Below, in pieces: positions 1 through 14,004 of a DNA stretch of 64,000 bases (position 1 is its first letter; every line of letters begins with the position of its first letter). Origin of the DNA: the human T2T-CHM13v2.0 reference genome, Homo sapiens. Under the pieces are notes generated by a model that saw nothing but the letters and a program-made list of their open reading frames with translations, did no database searches and had not been told where the DNA came from. The position numbers and the translations under genes are program-made. The stretch lies in assembly GCF_009914755.1 (NCBI RefSeq), contig NC_060926.1; one strand, 5' to 3'.

Positions 1-768
1 CATTGTCCATATCACTATCAGCAGTTTGGTCAAAATCATTCAACAAGTCTCTAGGAAGTTCCAAACTTTCCCATATCTTCCTGCCTTCTTTCTGTTCTTT
101 TTTAATACATAAGGGATTTTTTTTCTTCAACTTTTATTTTAAGTTGCAGGATACGTGTGCAGGATGTGCAGAATTGTTACATAGGTAGATGTGTGCCATG
201 GTGGTTTGCTGTACACATCATCCCATCACCCAGGTATTAAGCCCAGTGTCCATGATCTATTCTTCCTGATGCTTTCCCTCCCACTACCCCTCCATTTTCT
301 TCTGAGTCCTCCAAACTGTCTCAACCTCTGCCTGTTACCCAGTTCCAAAGTCATTTCCACATTTTCAGGTTATCTTTATAGCAGTGCCCCTCTCCCGGTA
401 CCAATTCTCTGTATTAGTCTGTTTTCACACACTATAAAGAACTGCCTGAGACTGGGTAATTTATAAAGGCAGGAGGTTTAATCGACTCACAGTTTTGCAT
501 GGCTGGGAGGCCTCAGGAAACTTAAAATCATGGTGGAAGGTGAAGGAGAAGGAAGTACCCTCTTCACAAGACAGCAAGAGAGAGAGCGTACAGGGGAAAC
601 TGCCACTTTTAAACCATCGGATCTAGTGAGAACTCCCTCACTATCAAAGAACAGCATGGCGGAAACCTCCCCACAATTCAATCACTTCCCACCAGGCCCC
701 TCCCTCGATACGTGGGGATTACAATTCAAGAGGAGATTTGGGTAGGGACACAGAGCCAAACCATATCA
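1..768 (-). mobile_element. MaLR (MST/THE1-type) LTR (410-768) plus adjacent internal sequence (1-409), interrupted by an L1 3' end
   Basis: LTR termini TGTATTAG...CCATATCA; typical MaLR motifs (gagactgggtaatttataaag, gagatttgggtagggacacagagccaaaccatatca); internal motif caacaagtctctaggaagttccaaactttc. Confidence 0.85.
96..295 (-). mobile_element. Short L1PA 3'-end fragment (older L1PA) inserted in MaLR internal sequence
   Basis: ttttattttaagttgcaggatacgtgtgcaggatgtgcag...gtgccatggtggtttgctg is the reverse complement of the L1 3' UTR; MaLR sequence resumes at cttctgag. Confidence 0.8.
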
Positions 769-1355
769 GTTCTCAAATGTAGAAGTAATGGGGACCCTTT
801 ATTAACTGGATTTTCTCTATATATATATACATAATACATTTTAATTCTTGAAGGCCCAGTTTTAACTTGTTGGGCCATATTAACTATTTTAACTGGGGGT
901 TCACAGTGTCACATTTTATCAAGGCAGTTTGTAACCACTATAAACTTATTTTAATTTTAATTTATCAGAGTATATATGCCCAATATAAACAGCAATGGAT
1001 ACTCTGACTATGGGAAATTTAGGCAAGGCTATAGTTAAAGTGAGACATACCCATTTTTTTCTTTATATTATATTTAGTTACCTTCTCAAGATCATAGGGA
1101 AGCACAGTGTTTAAATTTCATGTGATTCCCATGAATGACTATAATTTGAGCCCAGTGTTGATTAAATCCATGAAGTTTTGTCAACTGGTGTATTGTAACA
1201 AATGCTAAAGTTAAGTTAAAACCTGTGTTGTAGAAGCACAAAAGCCAACCAGACCTTTTAAAATCTTTTTGTTATATAAATTCTTTAGTATATAAGTTTT
1301 GGATTTCTAATTGGGTCAAAATATGGAACTTTGTTTACATTTAGTTATATATTAT

Positions 1356-1394
<39 letters not shown>

Positions 1395-1402
1395 GATAGA
1401 TA
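1356..1402. repeat. (GATA)n tetranucleotide microsatellite
   Basis: Directly visible, about 11 units with one interruption. Confidence 0.95.
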
Positions 1403-1611
1403 TGAGGTATCTATTTATTATATTCCCTCCCTCCCTTCCTCCCTTCTTCCTTTCCTCTTTTCCTCTCTCCCATCCCTTCCTTCTTCCCTTCCTTGTAGTG
1501 CCTGAGCCTCCAATTGTTTTCCCTCATTGCCAGTGAAGTGCCTTCCTGATACTTGACACTTTAAAAGTTTGGTTGAAAACCTTACTTCTTAATGTAATAA
1601 AAACTAGAACT

Positions 1612-1760
1612 GGGCTGGGCGGCTTATGCTTGTAATCCCAGGGAATCAGAAGGCTGATATGGGAGGCTTGCTTGAGCCTAGGAATTGGAAGCTGCAGCAA
1701 GCTATGATCATGCCACTGCACTTCAGCCTGGGTGATAGAATGAGACCCCATCTCTTAAAA
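1612..1760 (+). mobile_element. Alu monomer (FRAM/FAM-like)
   Basis: tgtaatccca...ccactgcacttcagcctgggtgatagaatgagacccc; monomer length. Confidence 0.75.
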
Positions 1761-3070
1761 TACACACACACACGCACAGGCTGTAACTATTTCTTCTAGT
1801 ATGTGATCACTTTGGTAGTAGTATAAATGCAATACTATAGATATATTATGGGGGTAAATAGATTTATGCAGGCTTGCTGGGGCTAACCACTATTTTTGAA
1901 CAAAAGTGTGATTTTGTCGGTTAAAAAAACTGGAGTTGGTAGTAGAGGAAAGCCAGTTATAATCTGCGGAAAATCAGCTGATGAAATTACTTCTGTTCTT
2001 GAAGGTGCTGGACACTCTGTAGCTTTTGGTTTATCCTTAAATGAGACTTACTGTATGAAGCATGTGGAGCAGATTCTGCAGTAGCAGGGACAAGGCAAGA
2101 ATGAGGGAGCTGGTTGTAAAAATAGTAATTTCCAATTTTTGTGGAAGTATCACATATGAAGGAACCAACTTAGACAGATACATAGAGATGAAGAAGAAGT
2201 GCATTAAAATTTATTGTGATGAAATATTATTCCATGTTTCCCTTATAGACAGATTTAATTTTTTAATCTCTAAGCAAATTTCCATGGAAGTGAAGGATAA
2301 ACCAAACAAATTAGGTAAAACTACATGAAATAAGCATTTTTCTTCCTCTTCATCTTTCTTTTTCTTCCCTTCCCCTTCCTCCTCCTCTCGCCATCCTCCT
2401 CTTCTTTTTCTTCTTGGATGATTTTATCCCATTTAGTTGAGTAAATTGCTGCTGCAGTTGACAATTAGAGTTAATATAGCCAAGAGTCAGGGTTTAGGTC
2501 AATACTCTTTGTGTATTTAGGTTTATAAGGCAAGCTTAAGAACTTTAAAATAGAGATTTAAGTTCTAGTTAGTTGTAAATGGACAATTTAAAGTGATTTA
2601 TAAAGATTACCTTTCTTACTCAAGGAAAAGGTAACTCTAACACTATAGCTATTTTTAGGCTCTAAAATGGTCTTGAGGGAAATTTATTCTGAGGCTGTAG
2701 GACTATCAAAAAGACGTTAAAGCTCTCTAGGATGTGAGAGAAGCAGCATGACAATTCCAAGTAGGAAAGTGAGCATGGCTTATTTTTGCAATAAGAAATG
2801 AAGTAAGGAAAGCATTTTGTTTTTTAAAAAAGAAAGCTTGAATGTAAAAAATATCTGAGCCTTTCTGTGCTTCTTTCTACTTTAATATGACATGACATAT
2901 TTATGACCTTTCTGCATCATGTGTCTTTATGTGAACAGAAAACATCCTCAAGGATCCTCAGATGCTGCAGTAACCTTCAAGCAAACACAGCAGACAATAT
3001 GTGATGTCTTAACTGTGGAATAGATACGTGGCAATTTAAAGGCCTTTCTTCTTTGCTGGTTGTCTGGTGA

Positions 3071-3424
<354 letters not shown>

Positions 3425-3665
3425 ACCTTCCCTCTAGTTCTTACCAGGCCCTCACCATCTGTACCTGGACTACCATAACCCCCCACCATCTAATTAGGCC
3501 CAGACATGAAGTCAGACATAACCTTTTAAAAATCTGATCATGTCATTTTTTTGGTTTTAAAATCACCCACATCCAGTCTCATATGTTTCTGGTAAAGGTC
3601 TAAATGTACACATGTCTTTCAGAGAAAAGTGTTTGCCAATATTTATCAAGAATTTAGAAAACAAA

Positions 3666-4306
3666 GCCAGGCCCAGTGACACGTGACTATAGTCCCAGGT
3701 ACTTGGGAGGCTGGGGCCAGAGGATCACTTGTGGCTAGGAATTGGAGCCCAGCCTGAGCAACATGATGAGATCCCATCTCAAAAACAAAACAAAACAAAC
3801 CCCTACTGGTCAAAAGGTATATATATTTGTGAGACAGAATCTTACTATGTTGCTCAAGCTGGTCTCAAGCTGCTGGGCACAAGGGATCCTCTTGACTCAG
3901 CCTCCCAAACAGCTGGGATTACAGGCACATGCTACAGCACCAGTTTAGTTGTTCTACTTTTATTTGTTTATTTATTTTTATTTAAACTGATTTTATTTAT
4001 TTATTTATTTGTTTTTTGAGATAGGATCTTGCTTGTTGCTCAGGCTGGAGTGCAGTAGCACAATCTTGGCTCACTTTAACCTCCATCTCCAGGGTTCAAG
4101 GGATTCTCATGCCTCAGCCACCTGAGTAGCTGGGAATACAGGAGCACGCCATCACACCCGGCTAATTTTTTAAAAAAATTATTTTTAGTAGAGATGGGGT
4201 TTCACCATATTGCCCAGGCTGGTTTCGATTTCCTGGCCTCGTGTGATCTGCCTTTGTCTGCCTCCCAAAGTGCTGAGATTACAGGCGTGAGCCACTGAGC
4301 CTGGCC
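3666..4306. mobile_element. Alu cluster: FLAM (+, about 3666-3800), FLAM (-, about 3826-3943), Alu dimer (-, about 3960-4306)
   Basis: Alu consensus motifs in both orientations. Confidence 0.8.
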
Positions 4307-4753
4307 TAGCAGTTCTACTTTTAAGCATCCATCCTCAGCAAGTAGCTGTAAGGAAAGTGCTGTATATGAGAGACGTTTATTGCAGCCTTATTTAAGATAA
4401 TGAAAAATTGGAGGGAAACCTAATGTACACATAGAGAAATAGTTAAGTAGTCATTGTATATCTATTCAATGAAATATTCTGTAGCTACTAAAAATACTAT
4501 TTTATAGCATGGGAAAGTGTTTACGCTATAATGCTAAGTAAATATATTAAAATATAAAACTGTGTTAAAATTCAAAATCACAACATACAGAAGAAGAGTT
4601 GAAGCCTTCATTTTTCTCCTCTCATCTCCATCACTTTACCCTCAGGCGAGGTAGAGAAGTAGCCTAGATGGGAGGATAATACATCCTCATATTGCCTTCT
4701 ACTACTGACAAAAGCTAGTCTTTGAAATGCCCTAAGAAAATGATTTACTGTAA

Positions 4754-5087
<334 letters not shown>

Positions 5088-5465
5088 TAAAAATTATTAT
5101 TTTTTAATCAACATGTAATAATTGTACATATTTATGGGGACAGTGTAATATTTTGATACACATTGTGTATCATATTGATATATACAATATGTTATGATCA
5201 ATTCAGGGTAATTAACATATCCGTCACCTCAAACAGTTATCATTTATTTGTATTGGAAACCATTAAAAATCCTCTTCTAGCTGTTTAAAAATATACAATA
5301 AATTGTTGTTAACTATATTCACCCTACAGTGTTATAGACTACTAGAACTTATTCCTCCTATCTAGCTGTAATATGGTATCCATTAACCAACCTCTTTTAT
5401 CCTTCCTCCCTCTCTTCTTCCTAGCCTCTAGTAACCACTATTCTACTCTATACTTACACGAGAAC

Positions 5466-5468
<3 letters not shown>

Positions 5469-5505
<37 letters not shown>

Positions 5506-7662
5506 TGATCATTCTTGGGTGTTTCTCGCAGAGGGGGATTTGGCAGGGTCATAGGACAATAGTGGAGGGAAGGTCAGCAGATAAACAAGTGAACAAAGGT
5601 CTCTGGTTTTCCTAGGCAGAGTGTGTGTGTCCCTGGGTACTTGAGATTAGGGAATGGTGATGACTCTTAATGAGCATGCTGCCTTCAAGCATCTGTTTAA
5701 CAAAGCACATCTTGCACCGCCCTTAATCCATTTAACCCTGAGTGGACACAGCACATGTTTCAGAGAGCACAGGGTTGGGGGTAAGGTCATAGATCAACAG
5801 GATCCCAAGGCAGAAGAATTTTTCTTAGTACAGAACAAAATGAAAAGTCTCCCATGTCTACTTCTTTCTACACAGACACGGCAACCATCCGATTTCTCAA
5901 TCTTTTCCCCACCTTTCCCCCTTTTCTATTCCACAAAACCGCCATTGTCATCATGGCCCGTTCTCAATGAGCTGTTGGGTACACCTCCCAGACGGGGTGG
6001 TGGCCGGGCAGAGGGGCTCCTCACTTCCCAGTAGGGGCGGCCGGGCAGAGGCGCCCCTCACCTCCCGGACGGGGCGGCTGGCCGGGCAGGGGGCTGACCC
6101 CCCACCTCCCTCCCGGACGGGGCGTCTCGCCGGGTGGGGGGCTGACCCCCCCACCTCCCTCCCGGACGGGGCGGCTGGCCAGGCGGGGGGCTGACCCCCC
6201 CCACCTCCCTCCCGGACGGGGCGGCTGGCCGGGCGGGGGGCTGACTCCCCCACCTCCCTCCCGGACGGGGCGGCTGGCCGGGCAGAGGGGCTCCTCACTT
6301 CCCAGTAGGGGCGGCGGGGCAGAGGTGCCCGTCACCTCCCGGACGGGGTGGCTGGCTGGGTGGGGGGCTGACCCCCCACCTCCCTCCCGGACGGGGCGGC
6401 TGGCCGGGCCGGGGGCTGACTCCCCCACCTCCCTCCAGGACGGGGCGGCTGGCCGGGCCGGGGGCTGACCCCCCCACCTCCCTCCCGGACGGGGCGGCTG
6501 GCCGGGCAGAGGGGCTCCTCACTTCCCAGTAGGGGCGGCCGGGCAGAGGCGCCCCTCACCTCCTGGACGGGGCGGCTGGCCGGGCAGGGGGCTGACCCCC
6601 CACCTCCCTCCCGGACGGGGCGTCTCGCCGGGCGGGGGGCTGACCCCCCCACCTCCCTCCCGGACGGGGCGGCTGGCCGGGCAGAGGGGCTCCTCACTTC
6701 CCAGTAGGGGCGGCGGGGCAGAGGTGCCCCTCACCTCCCGGACGGGGTGGCTGGCTGGGTGGGGGGCTGACCCCCCACCTCCCTCCCGGACGGGGCGGCT
6801 GGCCGGGCCGGGGGCTGACTCCCCCACCTCCCTCCCGGACGGGGCGGCCGGCCGGGCTGAGGGGCTCCTCACTTCCCAGTAGGGGCGGCGGGGCAGAGGC
6901 GCCCCTCACCTCCCGGACGGGGTGGCTGCCGGGCAGAGACGCTCCTCAGTTCCCAGACAGGGTGGCAGCCGGGCGGAGGGGCTCCTCACTTCTCAGATGG
7001 GGTGGTTGCCAGGCCGAGGGTCTCCTCACTTCTCAGACGGGCGGCCGGGCAGAGACGCTCCTCACCTCCCAGATGGGGCGGCGGGGCAGAGGTGCTCCCC
7101 ACATCTCAGACGATGGGCGGCAGGGCAGAGACGCTCCTCACTTCCTAGGTGGGATGGCGGCCGGGCAGAGACGCTCCTCACTTTCCAGACTGGGCAGCCA
7201 GGCAGAGGGGCTCCTCACATCCCAGACGATGGGCGGCCAGACAGAGACGCACCTCACTTCCCAGACGGGGTGGCGGCCGGGCAGAGGCTGCAATCTCGGC
7301 ACTTTGGGGGGCCAAGGCAGGCGGCTGGGAGGTGGAGGTTGTAGCCGAGATCACGCCACTGCACTCCAGCCTGGGCACCATTGAGCACTGAGTTAACGAG
7401 ACTCCGTCTGCAATCCCGGCACCTCGGGAGGCCGAGGCTGGCGGATCACCCGTGGTTAGGAGCTGGAGACCAGCCCGGCCAACACAGTGAAACCCCGTCT
7501 CCACCAAAAAAATACGAAAACCCGTCAGGCGTGGCGGCGCGCGCCTGCAATGGCAGGCACTTGGCAGGCTGAGGCAGGAGAATCAGGCAGGGAGGTTGCA
7601 GTGAGCCGAGATGGCAGCAGGACAGTTCAGAGGGAGACTGGGAGAGGGAGAGGGAGAGGGAG
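5469..7662 (-). mobile_element. Full-length SVA (SVA_D-like): poly(A), SINE-R, VNTR, Alu-like domain, CCCTCT hexamers
   Basis: T35 at 5469-5503; SINE-R about 5504-5990; GC-rich VNTR about 5990-7290; Alu-like domain about 7290-7630; (GGAGAG)n 7641-7662. Confidence 0.97.
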
Positions 7663-7986
7663 CTAATTTTTGTATTTTTAGTAGTGACAGGATTTTGCCA
7701 TGTTGGTCAGGCTGGTCTCGAACTCCTGACCTCAAGTGATCCACCTGCCTTGGCCTCTCAAAGTGCTGGGATTACAGGCGTGAACTACCGCACCCGGCCT
7801 CTCATGGGGAATTTAAAAGGTTCAGTGGCTTTCCCAAAGTCACAAAGCTTGGTGACTTTGGTGACCATGGTGAAGCATGGACTTGGGAACCTGGGCAGTG
7901 TGGCTCCGGAATCCATTTCACTGCCAAGCCATATAACCACTTCTCAGCTGTCACGAGCACAACTTTTTAAGGTCCTACATATGGGT
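7663..7986 (-). other. Putative SVA 5'-transduced segment (Alu left arm 7663-7799 plus MIR-like fragment)
   Basis: Lies between the SVA hexamers and the right TSD; the host L1 resumes only after it. Confidence 0.8.
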
Positions 7987-10077
7987 GAGAACAACTTTTT
8001 TAGCTCTTGTATATGAGTGAAGACATGTGGTATTTGTCTGTCTATGCGTGATTTATTTCCCTTAACAGAATGTCCTCCCAGATCATTCGTGTTGCTACAA
8101 ATGATAGGCTTTTATTCTTTTTTATGGCTGAATAGTATTCCATTGTGTATATATACCATTTTTTTATCCATTTATCTGTTGATGGACACAGGTTGATTCC
8201 ACATCTTGTCTATTGTAAATGTTGCAGTAAACATGGGGGTGCATAGATCCCTTCAATATACTGATTTCGTTTTCTTTGGATAAATACCCAATAGTGGGAT
8301 TGCTGGATCCTATGGTAGTTCTATTTTTAGCTTTTTAAGGAATCTCCATACTGTTTTCTGTAATGACTCTCATAATTTAGGTTCCCACTAGTAGTGTAAA
8401 AAGTCTCCCAATCAAGAAAAGCCTAGGACCAGGTGACTTCACGCTGACTTCTACCAAATCTTTAAAGAAGAACTAACACCAATTTTTCTCAAAGTATTCC
8501 AAAAAATTGAAAAGGAGGGAATTATTCTAAACCCCCTGATCTATGAGACCAGCATTACCCTGATACCAAAACCAGACATGGACATGACAAAAAAAGAAAA
8601 CAACTGGCCAATATCCCTGATGAACATAGATGTAAAAAATCCTCAACAAAATGCCAGCAAATGCAATCCAACAGCACATCAACAAGATAATACGTGAGGA
8701 TAAGTGGGATTTATCCCAGGGATGCAAGGATGGTTCAATATATGCAAATCAATAAACATGATACCTCACATAAACAGAATTAAGGACAAAATCCACATGA
8801 GCATCTCAATAGACACAGCAAAAGCATTAGATAAAATTCAGCATCACTTCATGATAAAAGTCCTCAACAAACTGGGCATAGAAGGAACATACCTAAACAT
8901 AATAAAGTCCATATATGACAAACCTATAGCTAACATCATACTGAATGGGGAAAAACTGAAGTCTTTTTCTTTAGGAAATGGAACAAGACAAGAATACCCA
9001 ATTTCACCACTCTCATTCAACACACTACTGGAAATCCTAGCTGGAGCAAGAGAAAGAAACAAAGGACATCCAAATGGGAAAAGAGAAAGTCAAATTGTCC
9101 CCACTACAAAAATTTTACCTAGGAATAAGTTTAACCAAGGATGCAAAAGATCTCTACAATGAAAACTACAAAACACTGATGAAAGATATTGAAAAAGCCA
9201 CACAAAAAATGGAAATACATCCTATGTTCATGGACTAGAAGTGTTAATATTTTTGAAATGACCATACTACCAAAAGCAATCTACAGATTCAACACAGTCC
9301 CTATCAAAATACTGATGACATTTTTCATAGAAATAGAAAAAACAATTCTCAAATTTGTGTGGAACCACAAAAGACCCCAAGTAGCCAAAGAAACCCTGAG
9401 TAAAAAGAACAAAGATGGAGGCATCACACTATCTAACATCAAAATCTATAATACTACAAAGCTATAGTAACCATAACAGCATAGTATTGGTAGAAAAACA
9501 TACACATAGACCAGTGGAACAGAATAAAGAACTCTGAAATAAATCCACATATTTACAGCCAACCAGTTTTTGACAAAGGTGCTGATAATATACACTGGGG
9601 AAAGGATAGCCTCTTCAATAAATGGAGTTGGGAAAATTGGATATCCATATGCAGAAGAATAAAACTAGACCTCTATCTCTCATCATATAGAAAAACTACC
9701 TCAAAATGGATGAAAGATTTAAAGGTAGGACCTCAAACTATAAAACTACTAGAAGAAAACAAAAGGGAAATCCTTCAGGACATTGGACTGGGTAGATTTT
9801 ATGAATGTTTTGCTATTTCTTTGTGGCACCCAAAGCATGGCCATTGAGGCATGTGGCTGTGATGCTTTAAAAAGATGCATAAACGGGACAATTAAACACT
9901 AACAGGCCTCTAGGAAGGATTTCTAAGCAGGAGTTTAAGTAATAGCTGTGGGGTGGCCAGGCTGAAGTTACTGGAATAATAAAGTAAAAGATCATCTTCA
10001 ATATATATGGGAGCTATGTTAACGCACACTGAGGAAAATGTTTCTCTACATCCATGATATGTGCTTTATCTGTGAAT

Positions 10078-10152
10078 TTCTCTCTCTTTCTCTATCTCTT
10101 TCTCTCCCTCTCTCTCTCTCTCTGTGCATGCGCGCGTGTGTGTGTGTGTGTG
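10078..10152. repeat. Compound (TC)n(GC)n(GT)n microsatellite
   Basis: Directly visible. Confidence 0.85.
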
Positions 10153-10814
10153 CATTTGATTCAGTGGTTACCTGCTGAACTGTCAGGAAGAAAAACAGAA
10201 GTATATCTTTATCTCACAATGGTAGAGAGATCCCTTTCCATTGTTTATGGAATGTTATTCTAGACTCAGAAACTCATATTTTGGGAAACATCCTACTAAG
10301 GGCGTGTCCTATGGATTGATAAGGACTGAAGAGGGCAGGAGGCAGGGGTCTGGGTGAACATTTTTTGGGTGGTGGTGGTGATTTTTCCTTAGACGATTGA
10401 AGCAATCACTTTTGGTGCCTGATTGGCAGTTTTCATTTTGCTCTGCAGTCTCCTTTCATTGCCTCCAATCTCCCAGTAAAGCCTGCTATTCTCTTCCAGC
10501 CTTGTGGGACACTGTTGTGAGGAGACTAAGAGGTGAGTTAGTAAAGGCACTGTAGGGCCTTTCCTACCTCACCCTTCTACCAGATCAGTGGCACAAATGG
10601 CAGCATTGCCCTGGGAAGGACAGTAGGCCTGAGTTCCAGGCACTGACAAGAAGAAGAAAGAGCTATGGCAAGAACAGAGCAGGGAGTGGGGGAGAAGGAC
10701 ACCATAGGGAGACGGGGAGCAGGACACTATAGGGAGAGGGGGCTGCCAAATGGATGACTCCAAAGTGCACTGAGACCAGGGGCTTCCTTTCCAAATAGAT
10801 TAAACAGAGATTTG

Positions 10815-11367
<553 letters not shown>

Positions 11368-11441
11368 TAAATGCATCATATAAATCTCAACAGCAACATT
11401 GCAAAAAATTTACACATATTAAAAAGTCTAGAAGGAAATAT

Positions 11442-12027
11442 GGTTGATTCTCATGATGATAGTTATGTTCCATAAAGTCTGTGAACACTGAATTAGTGAA
11501 TACTGAGTCATTGTTTCTATATGAGTCATGCGTGTTTCTATATATCTCACATAGATATACACACACACATATATCACATATCTCACATAGATTATAATCT
11601 TAAATCCTAAAAACAAGTCATCTTGGTAGATTTTATTTTCTTTATTTTACAAAGAAAAAAAATGAGGTTCAAAAGTGTTAAGAGACTTGCCTAAGGCTGT
11701 TGCAATAAATGTCAGCATGGGCTGCCCCTGTCCTACTGGCCCCAGAGCTAGAGCTTCTTGAACTACTCTGCCCCACCCCACTACCTTCTGCATCCTCTGA
11801 TCACATCTATATGGGAGCTGAAACAAGAAGGCAGAGCAGGACCTTCTTTGATATCAGTTAGGAGCATCCGCAGGTTGGGGAGATGACTCAAACTTTTCAT
11901 TGCTGTCTGCATGTCCATGAATGACCACAAATTTTGATTTTTGGGTTACAAATAAATTTTAGGGGTAGGCAGAATTTGCAAATATAGAATCTGCATTTGC
12001 AGATCCTCTGCATGGTGAGGATCAATT
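11442..12027 (+). mobile_element. Tigger-family non-autonomous DNA transposon (Tigger9/MER82-like)
   Basis: Terminal motifs gttgattctcat... and ...tgaggatcaatt; internal gttatgttccataaagtctgtgaacactgaattag. Confidence 0.6.
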
Positions 12028-12189
12028 CTATTTCATAATACTGGCAGTAATTGTATTTGGATAGAATTAAGTGACTTTTTCTTCCCTATTTCTCTATTGT
12101 CCTAAAAATGTCTTAAATGAGCATGTATTACTTTTATTTAAAAATGTAAAAAAACAAAAAATCTTTTCCATGGCTATCTCTGTCTATAG

Positions 12190-12385
12190 CCTAATTTCTT
12201 CTCAAAGTGTAGGCTTGACATAGTTACATCGGAATTACTTGAAGAGTTAGTAGAAAAGGTAGATTCCTGGCCCCTTCCTTCCAAAACTACTAAAATAGAA
12301 CTCAAAGGGACCTGAGAAACTGCATTTAACAAACTTCCCCAGATTATTTTTGTGCATACTAAAGTTTTAAAAACGTTTGCTATAA
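12190..12385. mobile_element. MER5-type hAT MITE
   Basis: ttctcaaagtgt...ctgcatttaacaaacttccccagattatttttgtgcatactaaagttt. Confidence 0.6.
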
Positions 12386-12681
12386 TGGTCTCCAAAGAGT
12401 GAGGATGAAATAAGGGTGTTTTAGATGAAGTAGCTGAAATAATTTACCAATTACAGGCCATTGCTGAAAGAACTATTAAAGGATATACTTCAATACAAGA
12501 AAGAGATTAAACCTAGAAAGAAGGATTGGGATGCATGAAGTAATGATGAGTAAAACATTTGGTAAGCATGGGGTGAATCTGAATAATTGTTTTTTAGCAA
12601 AAACAAAACAAAACAATTTAAAAAATGAATAAAAGGGGAGGGAAATAAAATGAGGTAAAATTAAAATAAAAGACAACAATA

Positions 12682-13644
12682 TATAAACCAAAAAATAAAA
12701 TTCTAAGCTCCCCATCCAACTAAATGGACCCCTCCTCTCAGCCAGGGAGGTTTTGAAAGAAACATAAAGAAACAAAAAACAAAACAAAAAACACAATTTC
12801 AGGTCATAATGGTAAGAGTGTTCTGGACAGGCCTCATCACAACTCTCCTCCCTCTGGAATTCAGGCACAACTGATCAGCATTAACATTAAAACAGAGATC
12901 TTAAGACAAAATAGATTATTTGTAGCAATAAGATATCAAATTCCAACCTGACTCTAGTAAAGCATCACATGACAGGGAGCAGGCCCTGAAAGTATCTAAG
13001 TATTTTACATCAAAATATATTTCTTTTTTTTTTTTTGAGACGGAGTCTTGCTCTGTCACCCAGGCTGGAGTGCAGTGGAATATATTTCTTTGAAGTATTT
13101 TGAAATGGCCCTGCAAAGCTGCCTGTTGTGGGGGAAATTTATATTCTGTAAAGAATCCTCTTCCCTTTTCAGGTCTTTTTCTGAGCCAGAAGAGATTTAA
13201 CCAAGAATCTGGCATCTTTTAAGGTCTGATGAGAGACATTTACTATCTATTCTCTCTGAAGCCTTCTACTTGCAGGCTTCCTCTACATTACCAAGAACCT
13301 TGGTCTCTACAACCCCTTATCTTAACCCAGACACTCCTATCTATCGAATCTGGGTCTTCAGATAATAACTCTTTCCACCAATTGCCAATCAGAAAATCTT
13401 TGAATCCACCAATGACCTGTAAGCCCCACTGCTTCTAATTGTCCCACCTTTGCAGACCAAACCTATGTGTACTTTACACTTATTGGTTGATGTCTTAGGT
13501 CTCCCTAAAACACGTAAAACCAAGCACTGTAACTTAACCACAATGGGGACATGTTCTTAGGACCTCTTGGGCCATGGTCACTTATATTTTGCTAAGAATA
13601 AACTTCTTTAGATATTTTACAGAGTTTGATTCTTTTCACTGACA
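12682..13644 (+). mobile_element. MER4-family ERV1 solo LTR
   Basis: taaaccaaaaaataaaattctaagctccc...ttttcactgaca; homologous to the LTR at 49318-52007. Confidence 0.8.
13024..13078 (-). mobile_element. Severely 5'-truncated Alu (42-bp body) with 13-bp TSD aatatatttcttt
   Basis: TSD at 13014-13026 and 13079-13091; poly(T) 13024-13036. Confidence 0.9.
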
Positions 13645-14004
13645 ATAGATAACATGGAAAAAGTGGACATATGATTTGTGTTAAAGCATTCTGACGTCTT
13701 TGTAGTTTGAGAGAAGTAAGGAGATACTAATGAAACTTTTCAGAGGGAAACCTATGCATAACCTAAGGGTGATTCATCTGAGAATAAATATATAAAGTAT
13801 AATTTTGAAGTCAGTAGGAAACAAATGGATTTAAACACTATATTATCCATAAAAGAAAGTAAAAAAAGAAGTCACAAAGAAGCAAAGACTGGAGAAAACG
13901 TATTTCAAGCTAAGGGAATTGTGGGCAGTGTAATAGAAGGGAGGAAAATGCTCCATTGTTGAGTCTAAGATTTATCTTTAATCTACTTACACCCTATTTA
14001 CGGA

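Noticed and set aside
5654-7572. Many GC-rich ORFs (also 49934-51851)
   Set aside because: Artefacts of SVA SINE-R, VNTR and Alu-like domains.
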